From Syntrophales bacterium (GTDB lineage Bacteria; Desulfobacterota; Syntrophia; Syntrophales; UBA2210): a DNA stretch of 64,000 bases. The stretch lies in contig CAXXKT010000001.1 in the NCBI GenBank assembly GCA_963662405.2, forward strand, positions 416,001 to 480,000, given 5' to 3'. Position numbers and translations under genes: made by a program. Positions 10,949 through 20,515 of this stretch are shown here, piece after piece. Position 1 is the stretch's first letter, and each line of letters begins with the position of its first letter. The notes under the pieces were generated by a model that searched no databases, had not been told where the DNA came from, and saw only the letters and a list, made by a program, of their open reading frames with translations.

Positions 10949-11287
10949 ATGACCAGGAACAAAAAGGCTGTCATTTTTCTGTTGACGTGTCTCATCGTCG
11001 CCCCCTTTGTCATATTCCCCGCCGTGATGCTGGCGGCCGGCGATGAAGCGGCCGAGGCCGCCCTGGACGGGGGATGGGTAGGGATGGCGTACCTGTCCGC
11101 CGCCCTGGCCGTGGGGCTGGCCTGCATCGCGAGCGCCTTCGCCGTCGCCCGGATCGGTTCGGCGGGGATCGGCGCGATGAGCGAGAAGGAGGAGCTGACG
11201 GGGCGGATACTGATCTTCCTCGGTCTTGCCGAAGGGATCGCTATCTACGGCCTGATCATCGCGATCATGATCCTGAACAAGCTGTAG
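10949..11287 (+). CDS. V/A-type ATPase rotor subunit K, single hairpin plus N-terminal hydrophobic segment
   Basis: GLAEGIAIYG motif. Confidence 0.92.
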   Translation: MTRNKKAVIFLLTCLIVAPFVIFPAVMLAAGDEAAEAALDGGWVGMAYLSAALAVGLACIASAFAVARIGSAGIGAMSEKEELTGRILIFLGLAEGIAIYGLIIAIMILNKL

Positions 11288-11288
11288 C

Positions 11289-11597
11289 ATGAAGATATTT
11301 ATTATCGGTGACATCGATACGGTAAGCGCCTTCCGCCTCTCGGGGGTGGAAGGGGTGATCGCCGACAGGGAGAACGTCCCGGAACGCCTCGAAGAGGTGC
11401 TCCGGGGGGGAACGGCGGGGATCGTGATGGTGACGAGCGAACTCGCCGGGGACCTCCAGGAGCGGATCACGCAGATCAACCTCGCCCCGGAGGGGCCCGT
11501 CGTGATCGAGATCCCGGGTATCGACGAGCCTGAGGGATTCCGCCGGTCCGTCGTGGGGTACATCGCCGAGGCCCTCGGCATCTCCCTCGAATCGTAG
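11289..11597 (+). CDS. V/A-type ATPase subunit F (operon 2)
   Basis: MKIFIIGDIDTVSAFRLSGVEG..PVVIEIP. Confidence 0.92.
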   Translation: MKIFIIGDIDTVSAFRLSGVEGVIADRENVPERLEEVLRGGTAGIVMVTSELAGDLQERITQINLAPEGPVVIEIPGIDEPEGFRRSVVGYIAEALGISLES

Positions 11598-11610
11598 GAA
11601 AGGGGTCGCC

Positions 11611-12213
11611 ATGAAAGAGCCGCCGCTGGAAGAGTCGATCAGGAAGGAGGCCGAGGAGACCGTGCGCGCCGTCAGGGAACGGGAGGCCGCTGAGATCCGG
11701 GAAATGGACGAGTCCTGCGCCGCCGAGATTGAGGAATTTAAAAAGAAGACAGAGTCAGAGACCCGGGCGCGGATCGAGCAGGAACGATCCCGGCTTGAAA
11801 ACAAAGGCCTCCTGGAACGGAAAAAACTGAAACTGCGCGGCCTCGAAGCATTCATCGGCCGTATGGTGGAGGAGGCGGTGGGGACCATGCGGGACGACCC
11901 ACGGTATAAGGAATTCTTCCTGGACCGGGTGCGCGAGGCCGCCCATGAAATACAGGCCGGCATCGAGGTTTCCCTGCATACGGCAGACCTCCCCCTCGAA
12001 AAGGAGATCATGGCGGCCGCGGGGAAGACGGGGCGAAACCCCGACGTCGCGGTGCGCGCGGACCCGGCGATCCGGTGGGGAGGGTGCGCCATCAGCGACG
12101 GGGCAACGGGGCGCATCTTCAACAGCACCATTGAGCGGATCTACTACCGGCAATCGGCGACGATCCGCCGGGAGATCACGAAGATCCTGAACGAGAAGGG
12201 CTTCTCCTTCTAG
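11611..12213 (+). CDS. V/A-type ATPase subunit E (operon 2)
   Basis: Coiled coil plus GGC..NSTIE C-terminal motif. Confidence 0.85.
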   Translation: MKEPPLEESIRKEAEETVRAVREREAAEIREMDESCAAEIEEFKKKTESETRARIEQERSRLENKGLLERKKLKLRGLEAFIGRMVEEAVGTMRDDPRYKEFFLDRVREAAHEIQAGIEVSLHTADLPLEKEIMAAAGKTGRNPDVAVRADPAIRWGGCAISDGATGRIFNSTIERIYYRQSATIRREITKILNEKGFSF

Positions 12214-12230
12214 CTGACGGAGGCAGGGAC

Positions 12231-14003
12231 GTGGAAGAGATGCTGACAGGACGGGTGATATCGGTAAACGGCCCGATCGTCAAGGCGGCGGGCCTCAGGG
12301 GAATACGGATGTTCGACATCGCCGAGGTGGGGGCCGACCGGTTGATCGGCGAGGTGATCCGTCTGATCGGGGACATCACCGTCATCCAGGTGTACGAGGA
12401 CAACACGGGGCTGATGCCGGGAGACGAGGTGACTTCTTCCTGCCGCCCCCTGTCGGTCCTCCTGGGACCGGGTCTCATCGCGAACATCTACGACGGGATC
12501 CAGCGCCCCCTCGTCGGGATCTCCGAGGTCTGCGGCGCCTATATCCGCAAGGGGATCAAGCTCTCTCCCCTCGACACGAAGAAGAAATGGGAATTCAACC
12601 CTCTGATAAAGGCGGGGACCGCGGTGCGGGAGGGGGACATCCTTGGAGAAATCCCGGAGTCTCCACTCGTTACGCACCGGGTTCTCGTCCCCCCCGGCGT
12701 ATCCGGCACGCTGGCCGCAATCGTCGGGTCGGGGGAGTATACGATCGAGGATGAGCTCTACACCGTCGAGAACGGCGCCGCCCCCTACCAGGGAAAACTG
12801 GCCGCCTACTGGCCGGTCCGCAAACCGCGGCCGAGCCGGGGGAACAAGAAGCCCTTCATCCCCCTGATGACGGGGCAGCGGATCATCGACACCTTCTTCC
12901 CCATCGCCCGCGGAGGGACGGCAACCATCCCCGGCGGGTTCGGGACGGGAAAGACCATGACCCAGCACGCCCTGGCGAAGTGGTGCAACGCCGACATCAT
13001 CGTCTATATCGGGTGCGGGGAGCGGGGCAACGAGATGACCGACGTCCTGACAGACTTCCCGAAGCTGATCGACGAGCGCAACGGACGCCCCCTGATCGAG
13101 CGGACCGTGATGATCGCCAATACCTCGAACATGCCCGTCCCCGCCCGCGAGGTGAGCATCTACACCGGGGTGACCATCGCGGAGTACTACCGCGACATGG
13201 GGTACAGCGTGGCGGTGATGGCCGACTCCACCTCCCGGTGGGCGGAGGCCCTGCGGGAGCTCGCCAGCCGGCTCGGTGACATGCCGGCCGAGGAGGGTTT
13301 CCCTCCTTACCTGGCAACCCGCCTCGCCGAGTTCTACGAACGGGCGGGCCTCGTGGAGACCCTCTCCGGAACCGACGGCGATATCAGCATCATCGGCGCG
13401 GTATCCCCCCCCGGGGGGGACTTCTCGGAGCCCGTCACCCAGCACACCTCGCGCTTCGTGCGGTGCTTCTGGGCCCTGGACAAGATCCTCGCCGATGCCC
13501 GCCACTACCCCTCCATCAGCTGGATCGACAGCTACACCGAGTACCTCCACGACATCGAGGGGTGGTGGAAGGACCTGGACCCCGAGTGGCTCACGATCCG
13601 GGGGGAGGCGATGGGGATCCTCCTCGAAGACAACCGCCTCCAGCAGGTGGTAAAACTCGTCGGGAGCGACGCCATGCCCCCGGCCCAGCAGTTCATCCTC
13701 TTCGTGGCGGAGATGATCAAGAACGCCTTCCTCCAGCAGAACTCCTTCGACCCCGTCGACAAGTACTGCCCCCCGGAGAAACAGCTCAAGCTCCTCAAGG
13801 CGATCCTGGATCTGAACAAAAGAGGAGAGGAACTGGTGAAGGGCGGGATGAGCGTCAAGGAGATCGCCGCCCTCGATGTGGTGTCGGAGATGGTGCGGCT
13901 CAAGTCCGAGGTCCCCAACAAGGAGCTGGGCAGGATCGACGACTACCGGGAGCGGCTCGCCGCGGGGCTCGATTCGCTCAAAGAGAAAACGGGAGAGGTG
14001 TAG
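12231..14003 (+). CDS. V/A-type ATPase subunit A (operon 2)
   Basis: [17 protein letters not shown] and [12 protein letters not shown] motifs. Confidence 0.97.
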   Translation: MEEMLTGRVISVNGPIVKAAGLRGIRMFDIAEVGADRLIGEVIRLIGDITVIQVYEDNTGLMPGDEVTSSCRPLSVLLGPGLIANIYDGIQRPLVGISEVCGAYIRKGIKLSPLDTKKKWEFNPLIKAGTAVREGDILGEIPESPLVTHRVLVPPGVSGTLAAIVGSGEYTIEDELYTVENGAAPYQGKLAAYWPVRKPRPSRGNKKPFIPLMTGQRIIDTFFPIARGGTATIPGGFGTGKTMTQHALAKWCNADIIVYIGCGERGNEMTDVLTDFPKLIDERNGRPLIERTVMIANTSNMPVPAREVSIYTGVTIAEYYRDMGYSVAVMADSTSRWAEALRELASRLGDMPAEEGFPPYLATRLAEFYERAGLVETLSGTDGDISIIGAVSPPGGDFSEPVTQHTSRFVRCFWALDKILADARHYPSISWIDSYTEYLHDIEGWWKDLDPEWLTIRGEAMGILLEDNRLQQVVKLVGSDAMPPAQQFILFVAEMIKNAFLQQNSFDPVDKYCPPEKQLKLLKAILDLNKRGEELVKGGMSVKEIAALDVVSEMVRLKSEVPNKELGRIDDYRERLAAGLDSLKEKTGEV

Positions 14004-14006
14004 CCT

Positions 14007-15401
14007 ATGGCCGCTGAGATCGAATACACGAACCTGTCCGGGATCTCCGGCCCCCTGATCTTCGTCGAGGGGGTCAAGGGCGTCGGGTACGGCGAGATCG
14101 TGGAGATTCGGGACGAATCGTCCGAGGTGCGGATCGGCCAGACCCTCGAGGTGGACGAGGACCGCGCCATCGTCCAGGTCTTCGAGGGGACGAGCGGGCT
14201 CTCCGTCAAGGGGGCGCGGGTCACCTTCGTGGGGAGATCGCTCGAGATCCCCGTCCACCGCGACATGCTCGGCCGGGTCTTCGACGGGCTGGGGCGCCCC
14301 ACCGACGGCGCCCCCCCGGTGATCACCGACAACATGATGAACGTCAACGGCCTCCCCGTCAACCCCTGGAGCCGGGAGTACCCGCGCGACTTCATCCAGA
14401 CGGGGATCTCGGCCATCGACGGGATGAACACCCTGATCCGGGGGCAGAAGCTCCCCATCTTCTCCGGGAGCGGGATGCCCCACAACCTGATCGCCGCCCA
14501 GATCGCGCGGCAGGCCCGGATCCTCTCCTCGGAGGAGGAGTTTACCGTAATCTTCGCCGCCATGGGGGTCAAGTTCGACATGGCGCGCTTCTTCATCGAC
14601 TCCCTTGAGGAATCGGGGGTCCTCACGCATTCGGCCATATTCCTCTCCCTCGCCGACGCCCCCTCGATCGAACGCCTCATCACCCCCCGCGTCGCCCTGA
14701 CGCTGGCCGAGCACCTCGCCTTCGAGGAGGGGATGCACGTCCTCGTCATCATGACCGACATGACGAACTACTGCGAGTCCCTCCGCGAGCTGTCCAGCTC
14801 GCGGGGCGAGATCCCCTCCCGGAAGGGTTACCCCGGCTACCTCTACAGCGACCTCGCCGCGATCTACGAGCGCGCCGGGCGGCTCAAAGGAATGAACGGC
14901 TCGATCACGCAGGTCCCGATCCTCACCATGCCGAGCGACGACATCTCCCACCCCGTCCCCGACCTGACGGGGTACATCACCGAGGGGCAAATCGTCCTGG
15001 AGCGCGAACTTTTCAACAAGGGGATCTATCCCCCCATCGCCGGGCTCCCCTCCCTGTCGCGCCTGATGAAGGACGGGATCGGCGAGGGGCGGACGCGCAA
15101 GGACCACGCCCAGAACGCCGCCCAACTCTTCGCCTCCTACGCGAAGGTCAAACGGATCAGGGCCCTGGCGGCCATCGTTGGCGAGGAGGAGCTCTCCGAA
15201 CTGGACAAGATCTACCTGAAATTCGGGACCGCCTTCGAGGAGCGCTTCCTCCGGCAGGGGCCCGACGAGAACCGCTCGATCATCGAGACCCTCGACCTGG
15301 GGTGGCAGATGCTCTCCCTCCTCCCGAAGGACGAGCTGTACCGGGTCTCCATGGAGGAGATCCAGCGCTACTACATACCGCAGCAGGAGGCCAGTGGATA
15401 A
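14007..15401 (+). CDS. V/A-type ATPase subunit B
   Basis: [33 protein letters not shown] motifs. Confidence 0.97.
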   Translation: MAAEIEYTNLSGISGPLIFVEGVKGVGYGEIVEIRDESSEVRIGQTLEVDEDRAIVQVFEGTSGLSVKGARVTFVGRSLEIPVHRDMLGRVFDGLGRPTDGAPPVITDNMMNVNGLPVNPWSREYPRDFIQTGISAIDGMNTLIRGQKLPIFSGSGMPHNLIAAQIARQARILSSEEEFTVIFAAMGVKFDMARFFIDSLEESGVLTHSAIFLSLADAPSIERLITPRVALTLAEHLAFEEGMHVLVIMTDMTNYCESLRELSSSRGEIPSRKGYPGYLYSDLAAIYERAGRLKGMNGSITQVPILTMPSDDISHPVPDLTGYITEGQIVLERELFNKGIYPPIAGLPSLSRLMKDGIGEGRTRKDHAQNAAQLFASYAKVKRIRALAAIVGEEELSELDKIYLKFGTAFEERFLRQGPDENRSIIETLDLGWQMLSLLPKDELYRVSMEEIQRYYIPQQEASG

Positions 15402-16024
15402 TGCCGGCGATCGATATCCCCCCCACCAAATCGTCCCTGCGCAGGCTCAAGGAGGACCTCGCCTTCGCCTACGAGGGGTACGACCTCCTCAACCAGAAGC
15501 GCGAGATCCTCGCCATCGAGATCATGCGACACATCGGCGAGATCCGGAAGATGGAGGCCGCCCTCGCGGGGGTCCTCGGCGAACTGTACGCGGCCTACCG
15601 TAAGGCGGCCGTCGAAATGGGATCGGACACGATCACCCGGAAGAGCTGTTCAGAGAAACGGTCCTATTTCTTCCACATGGAATTCACGAAACTGATGGGG
15701 CTCCGGCTCCCGGTGATCAGACTCTCCCCCAAGCGCCCCCGGATCACCGCCACCCTGCCGGGGACGACCGTCGCCTACGATGAGGCGAAGGAAAAATCGC
15801 GCGCGGCCCTCGAGGCCCTCGCCGAGTACGCCACCATCACCAAGGCGATCATGATGCTCTCACGGGAACTGAAGAAGGTCCAGCGGCGGGTCAACGCCCT
15901 CGAGAAGATCTTCATCCCCCAGCACGAAGAGGCGAAGAAGTACATCTCCGACCGGATCGAGGAGATGGAACGGGAAGAGATCTTCGTCAAGAAGCTGATC
16001 AGGCAGCGGGTGGAGGGGGAGTGA
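15401..16024 (+). CDS. V/A-type ATPase subunit D
   Basis: PTKSSL..GYDLL..KR and QRRVNALE motifs; start at MPAID. Confidence 0.93.
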   Translation: MPAIDIPPTKSSLRRLKEDLAFAYEGYDLLNQKREILAIEIMRHIGEIRKMEAALAGVLGELYAAYRKAAVEMGSDTITRKSCSEKRSYFFHMEFTKLMGLRLPVIRLSPKRPRITATLPGTTVAYDEAKEKSRAALEALAEYATITKAIMMLSRELKKVQRRVNALEKIFIPQHEEAKKYISDRIEEMEREEIFVKKLIRQRVEGE

Positions 16025-16082
16025 AGGATTATATGCTATCAGGAGATAAAGACTCTTTCATATCAAAAATTTTAGAGCTTCG

Positions 16083-16490
16083 CTAAGTTTGGACAACAAA
16101 GTCCCCAACCTGTACCTCTTCAAGCTTAAGCAAGAAAGTATTTCCTGGAGTGATCGTTTCTGTAACCGTCTCTGGCTGAACAAAGGTACTAAACAAATCC
16201 AATCCTTTTCGAGTTCGCTCCTTTACTATTTCTTTAGTGTCAGGGTGCTTCCCATAACCACATGATTTTAGGGTGCTGATCTTTTCTTGTACGTGTGTGG
16301 CTTCGGCTTTGCCTTTGACTATTTCAAGTTTTTCTAATTCCTCTTTTGTTTCTGGATCAACAATTGTTTCACCCAGACCGATAATAATAAACTTGTCGCC
16401 TTGATTTATGCCCCCGTTTCTTCCCTTATTAATAACAACGGTATAAGGATCAACTACCTTTAAAACCTTTGCAATATATTTGTCAGGCAT
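16083..16490 (-). CDS. AT-rich hypothetical protein, small beta-barrel resembling the FlgT C-terminal domain
   Basis: VVINKG..GINQGDKF..I.DPET.EEL pattern; SD GAGGAG; start overlaps the upstream stop. Confidence 0.7.
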   Translation of the reverse strand: MPDKYIAKVLKVVDPYTVVINKGRNGGINQGDKFIIIGLGETIVDPETKEELEKLEIVKGKAEATHVQEKISTLKSCGYGKHPDTKEIVKERTRKGLDLFSTFVQPETVTETITPGNTFLLKLEEVQVGDFVVQT

Positions 16491-17007
16491 TATTCTCCTC
16501 CTGTTGATCAAGTTCTGAAAGAATACTAAATGGTATGACTGGTCTGATTATAATATTGTTCAACTGGGACATAATGGAAGATATTGAAGCCTCGTCGATC
16601 AACTCCTTAATAATCTTTATTTGTATAAGTTTTTCTTGTACGTGATGTACAACGCCCACCAGAGCGACTCTTTCAACACCGTCTTCTACCATGTAACATC
16701 CAACAACAATGTTGTTAAGAAAATTTTCATTTTTCCTAATGATGAGTATTTTCTCTTTGTTAAGAAATTTAATGGGAGATTCTTGGCTGGGCACAAGCTT
16801 TCTCGATTGCCAAATATCAAAAATTACTTTCAGAAGGATAAAACAAGCAGAAAGCAATAATAACAATGTAAAAAGAAGCCATTTAATTGAAATTTGGGTA
16901 TTAATATCTATGAATAGTTGCGTAATTCCGGAAAGAAATCCAATAACACCCAAGGTGATTGAAAGACCTGATAAACTAAAAAAATGTTTCTTTATTTCTT
17001 CACGCAT
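16483..17007 (-). CDS. AT-rich hypothetical membrane protein with two N-terminal TM segments
   Basis: Long ORF in AT-rich DNA, translationally coupled to the 16083 gene. Confidence 0.7.
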   Translation of the reverse strand: MREEIKKHFFSLSGLSITLGVIGFLSGITQLFIDINTQISIKWLLFTLLLLLSACFILLKVIFDIWQSRKLVPSQESPIKFLNKEKILIIRKNENFLNNIVVGCYMVEDGVERVALVGVVHHVQEKLIQIKIIKELIDEASISSIMSQLNNIIIRPVIPFSILSELDQQEENNA

Positions 17008-17078
17008 GCTTACTTTAAACCCTAGCAAGTAGTCTAAACTAGAGGCGTTTCCCGTATTAATTTACAACACATTCCCTA

Positions 17079-17257
17079 TCACAACACACAAAAGCCCCAT
17101 CGCTCGGGTTCGAGTAACGGGGCTTTTCGCAATCAGACCATACGCGCTCCTTTGTGTTTGAGGTGCGGGCCGGACAGGTAAAGCTAACAAAAAACAAGTT
17201 CGTAATGAAATCGAAGGGAAGGATACCTCCCCGGGGGATTCCGGTCAAGGATTTAAT
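17079..17257 (-). repeat. ~178-bp promoter-leader-terminator repeat, copy 1
   Basis: Aligns over its full length with 18638, 20016 and 21294. Confidence 0.97.
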
Positions 17258-17273
17258 TACAGCCCGAGGCATC

Positions 17274-17298
17274 AAAAAAGGAACCATGGGCCTTTTTT
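17274..17298. terminator. Hairpin terminator after the APC permease
   Basis: AAAAAAGG..CCTTTTTT. Confidence 0.5.
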
Positions 17299-17302
17299 CT
17301 CC

Positions 17303-18566
17303 TCACCTATGGTGGCCCTCCGTACGTACATGGCGAAGCAGGATCGGGCGCCCGAACATGGCGATGATTACCAGGAGACCGAAGCGGGTCAGTTTGGATC
17401 AGGCGAATAATCAGGGCAACCGATGCGGAGGCGCTGGCCAGCGCGCCAAACCCTGTGAAGACCCGCGCACCCACCCGTTCCCGAAACGCGAGGCCGCATA
17501 CGACGGTAAAAGTGAACAGAAATGCGAGGCTGGCAGCTTCAACGAGGGTGGTGAGCGCCCCGAAAACGGAGAGGATCGCCGCCAGCGCGCCGAGTACTAT
17601 CACCGCCCGGTTCGGTATGCCTGCCTTGTTCTTGTGATCGAGGGCGGCCGGCAACTCACTGTCTTCCGCAACCTCATAGACGAGCCGCGCTGTTGCAAAG
17701 AGCGTCGAATTGATGGCCGATCCGGTAGAGAACGCCGCGGCAATCGTCACAATGACGAGGCCGGCGGTCCCGAGTGCCTGCCGGCCCGCGATGGCAAGAG
17801 CCACTTCCTGGTGCTGCATAACCTGGTCCGCCCCGATCAGCATCACCGTCCCCAGCGCGACCACGATGTACACACCGATCACGGCAATGATGGCCGACAG
17901 CACCGCGAGCGGGAGGGTTTTCCGCGGGTTATCGATATCATCATAATCGTAGGTCAGCAGCTGAAAACCCTCATAGGCCATAAACACGGAGGCCGCGCCG
18001 AATAACGCCGCGCCGATCCCCGTGTCCGGCACGTTCCGGGAGAGCATCGGCGGGTCCCACTGGGCAAGCCCCCACCCCGCCAGCCCCACAAGAACGACTA
18101 TCTTGAACCACACGAGAAAGACCTCGACACCGCCGGCTTCACCGACGCCGCGCAGATTCAAGCAAATGAACGCAATCAGGATGGCAACGGCGGCCGCGCG
18201 CGGGAACCACGGTCCCAGACCGGCAACATACCCGAGGTACTGCCCGAAGGTGGAGGCGTATACCGCGTTTGTCAGCACATACCCGACGATGAGCACCCAC
18301 GAAAGGCTGCCGGCGGCCCCCTCCGCGTTGATCTCGCGGAGAAACGTGAACGCGCCTCCCCCTTCGCCGTAGTAATCGGCCAGTTTTACGTAGCTGTATC
18401 CCGTGGCCAGGGCGATGAGGCCGGCAGCCAGGAAACTGAGCCATGTCAATGCGCCGGCGATTCCGACAACGACGCCGAGTGTGGAAAAGATGCCGCCGCC
18501 GATCATACCGCCGACGGCCATCGACCATGTGGCGTTGAAATTAAGCTTGGTTTGAGGCTGATTCAT
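17303..18566 (-). CDS. APC family amino acid permease, frameshift near the C-terminus
   Basis: GGMIGGGIF and FMAYEGF motifs; last TM helix GLLVIIAMFGRPILL continues in another frame to a TGA at 17303. Confidence 0.9.
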
Positions 18567-18637
18567 GGTAAATTAGGGACACTTCCCTATTTTTTACAAA
18601 TTTCTTTTTATCTGTTTTGGCCTCTCAGCCATCCCCG

Positions 18638-18813
18638 TCACAAAACACAAAAGCCCCATCGCTCGGGTTCGAGTAATGGGGCTTTTCGCAGTCAGACCAT
18701 ACGCGCTCCCTTTTGTGTATGAGGTGCGGGCCGGATGGGTAAAACTAAAAAAGTTTGTAATGAAATCAAAAGAAAGGATACCTCCCCCCGAGGATTCCGG
18801 TCAAGGATTTTAT
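18638..18813 (-). repeat. ~178-bp repeat, copy 2
   Basis: Direct alignment with copy 1. Confidence 0.97.
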
Positions 18814-18874
18814 CGCGGACCGGGGTGTCGGTTCCGGAGCGCAACGGGTTCCATCGAATCGTTCCGACAATCCT

Positions 18875-19936
18875 TCACTGTTTGTCCAGCAACCCATCAT
18901 CGAGTATCTGCTGGAAATGGTCTTTCACGGTCTGCTCGACGGGGATATACGACATGCCCAGATCTGTCTTGCTGTAAGAGCTATCGAGTCTGATATGAAT
19001 CCCGACATTTCTGCTCGCAAATTTCCGCGTGTAGCCCATCACCGGGGCAATGAGCCAGAACAGGAATTTGGGGGCCTGTCTCCGGGGAAACGGATACCGG
19101 TCTCCAAAATGTTTTCGAAGGATATTCGCTATATCGAGAAGCGATACTTCTTCACTCACGACGATGTGCCGCCCGCTCGCTTCCGGGGTGTACCCCGCCT
19201 TGACGTGGGCGGACGCCACGTCACGCACATCAACGATACAACTGTACAATTCCGGAACCCCGGTTTTGTAGATACCATTGCCAAAGAGGATCATGGTGTT
19301 GATGCTCATGGAGTCTTTCCTCTTCGACAGAGAAGGGCCAAGGATCCATCCGGGGTTGATCGTCAGCAGATCCCATTGCTCCTGTTCCGCGGCGAGAGCC
19401 CAGGCTTCTCTTTCCGCGATTGTCTTTGAATAGTTATAGGGCTGGTGGTCGGCACTGCTCGTGACGTTCCATTCCTTTTCAGTGAGTATGCCCTCCGGGG
19501 CCAGCGCCATGTCGGCATTGTCGCCGTATATCGCCACGACACTGCTGGTGAGCACCACCCGCTTCATCGTCGGGGTTCTTTGCGCCGATTCGAGGACATT
19601 GCGTGTCCCCTCTCTGGCCGGTCGTATCAATTCTTCTCCAGGATTCTTGATTCCGGTTATGAAGTAGGGTGAGGCGGTGTGCATCACCAGCTCGCACCCT
19701 CGCATCGGTTCATCGAAACTTCCCGGATTCAGAAGATCCGCCTTGAACAACGTCAACTGCCCGGTCGCTGTTTCCGCCAAGGCTTTCAGATGTTCGATCT
19801 TTTGCATATCCGAAGGGTCGCGTACCGTTGCGTGAACAGGGGTTCCCTCTTCCAGCAAGATCTTGATTATCCAGGAAGCCACGTAACCCGTACCCCCCGT
19901 AACCAATACCGGTTTGGTCTTATCGATTTCGCGCAT
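18875..19936 (-). CDS. NAD-dependent epimerase/dehydratase (aldehyde reductase/dihydroflavonol reductase-like extended SDR)
   Basis: TGGTGYVA, HTASP and YNYSK motifs; start MREID after SD AAGGAGG. Confidence 0.92.
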   Translation of the reverse strand: MREIDKTKPVLVTGGTGYVASWIIKILLEEGTPVHATVRDPSDMQKIEHLKALAETATGQLTLFKADLLNPGSFDEPMRGCELVMHTASPYFITGIKNPGEELIRPAREGTRNVLESAQRTPTMKRVVLTSSVVAIYGDNADMALAPEGILTEKEWNVTSSADHQPYNYSKTIAEREAWALAAEQEQWDLLTINPGWILGPSLSKRKDSMSINTMILFGNGIYKTGVPELYSCIVDVRDVASAHVKAGYTPEASGRHIVVSEEVSLLDIANILRKHFGDRYPFPRRQAPKFLFWLIAPVMGYTRKFASRNVGIHIRLDSSYSKTDLGMSYIPVEQTVKDHFQQILDDGLLDKQ

Positions 19937-20015
19937 GACACCCTCCTTATCTATCCTCGGAAACGCAGGTCTCCTCTCGAGTATTGGACAGGTTTCTCTT
20001 TTTCCGCCTTTACAA

Positions 20016-20192
20016 TCACAAAACACAAAAGCCCCATCGCTCGGTTCGAGTAACGGGGCTTTTCGCAATCAGACCATACGCGCTCCTTTTATGTATCAGG
20101 TGCGGGCCGGACAGGTACAGCTAACAAACAAGCTCGTAATGAAATCAAAGGGAAGGATACCTCCCTGGGGGGATTCCGGTCAAGGATTTTAT
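20016..20192 (-). repeat. ~178-bp repeat, copy 3
   Basis: Direct alignment with copy 1. Confidence 0.97.
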
Positions 20193-20415
20193 TGAAAGGG
20201 CGGGGTGCTCATAGGTTTCAGGCGGCACCGGGAGGTGGGGATCGATCGCCTGTCTGAACGAGAGGGTTGAGGGACGCCAGGCAGATCTTTCGGACAGCAT
20301 GAGGAGCTGTTTGCGGAGTTGATGCCGGTCGTATCCGCCCTCCTTGCCATACCATCCAAGTGGGGGTCAATGACTCTGTGGTGTTGATCGAGCTTGCCTA
20401 TGAGGTTCTGAGGTT

Positions 20416-20448
20416 AAAAAAACTCCGGCGAGCCGCTGCCCGCCGGAG
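20416..20448 (-). terminator. Intrinsic terminator of the 20516 gene
   Basis: CTCCGGCG..CGCCGGAG followed by T7 on the minus strand. Confidence 0.7.
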
Positions 20449-20515
20449 CGAGAAGATCCACTGACGTAACGAAGTAAAAAAAACGGCGTTGGTGACGAAA
20501 TGTCCTGACAGGCCT

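Noticed and set aside
12210..15125. 971-aa minus-strand ORF (likewise 8959-11127 minus and 32-1453 plus)
   Set aside because: Antisense shadows of ATPase genes in GC-rich DNA, with no recognisable motifs.
20193..20415. 220-bp segment right of repeat 3 as a small gene
   Set aside because: No convincing ORF or motif; it may be a remnant but cannot be supported.
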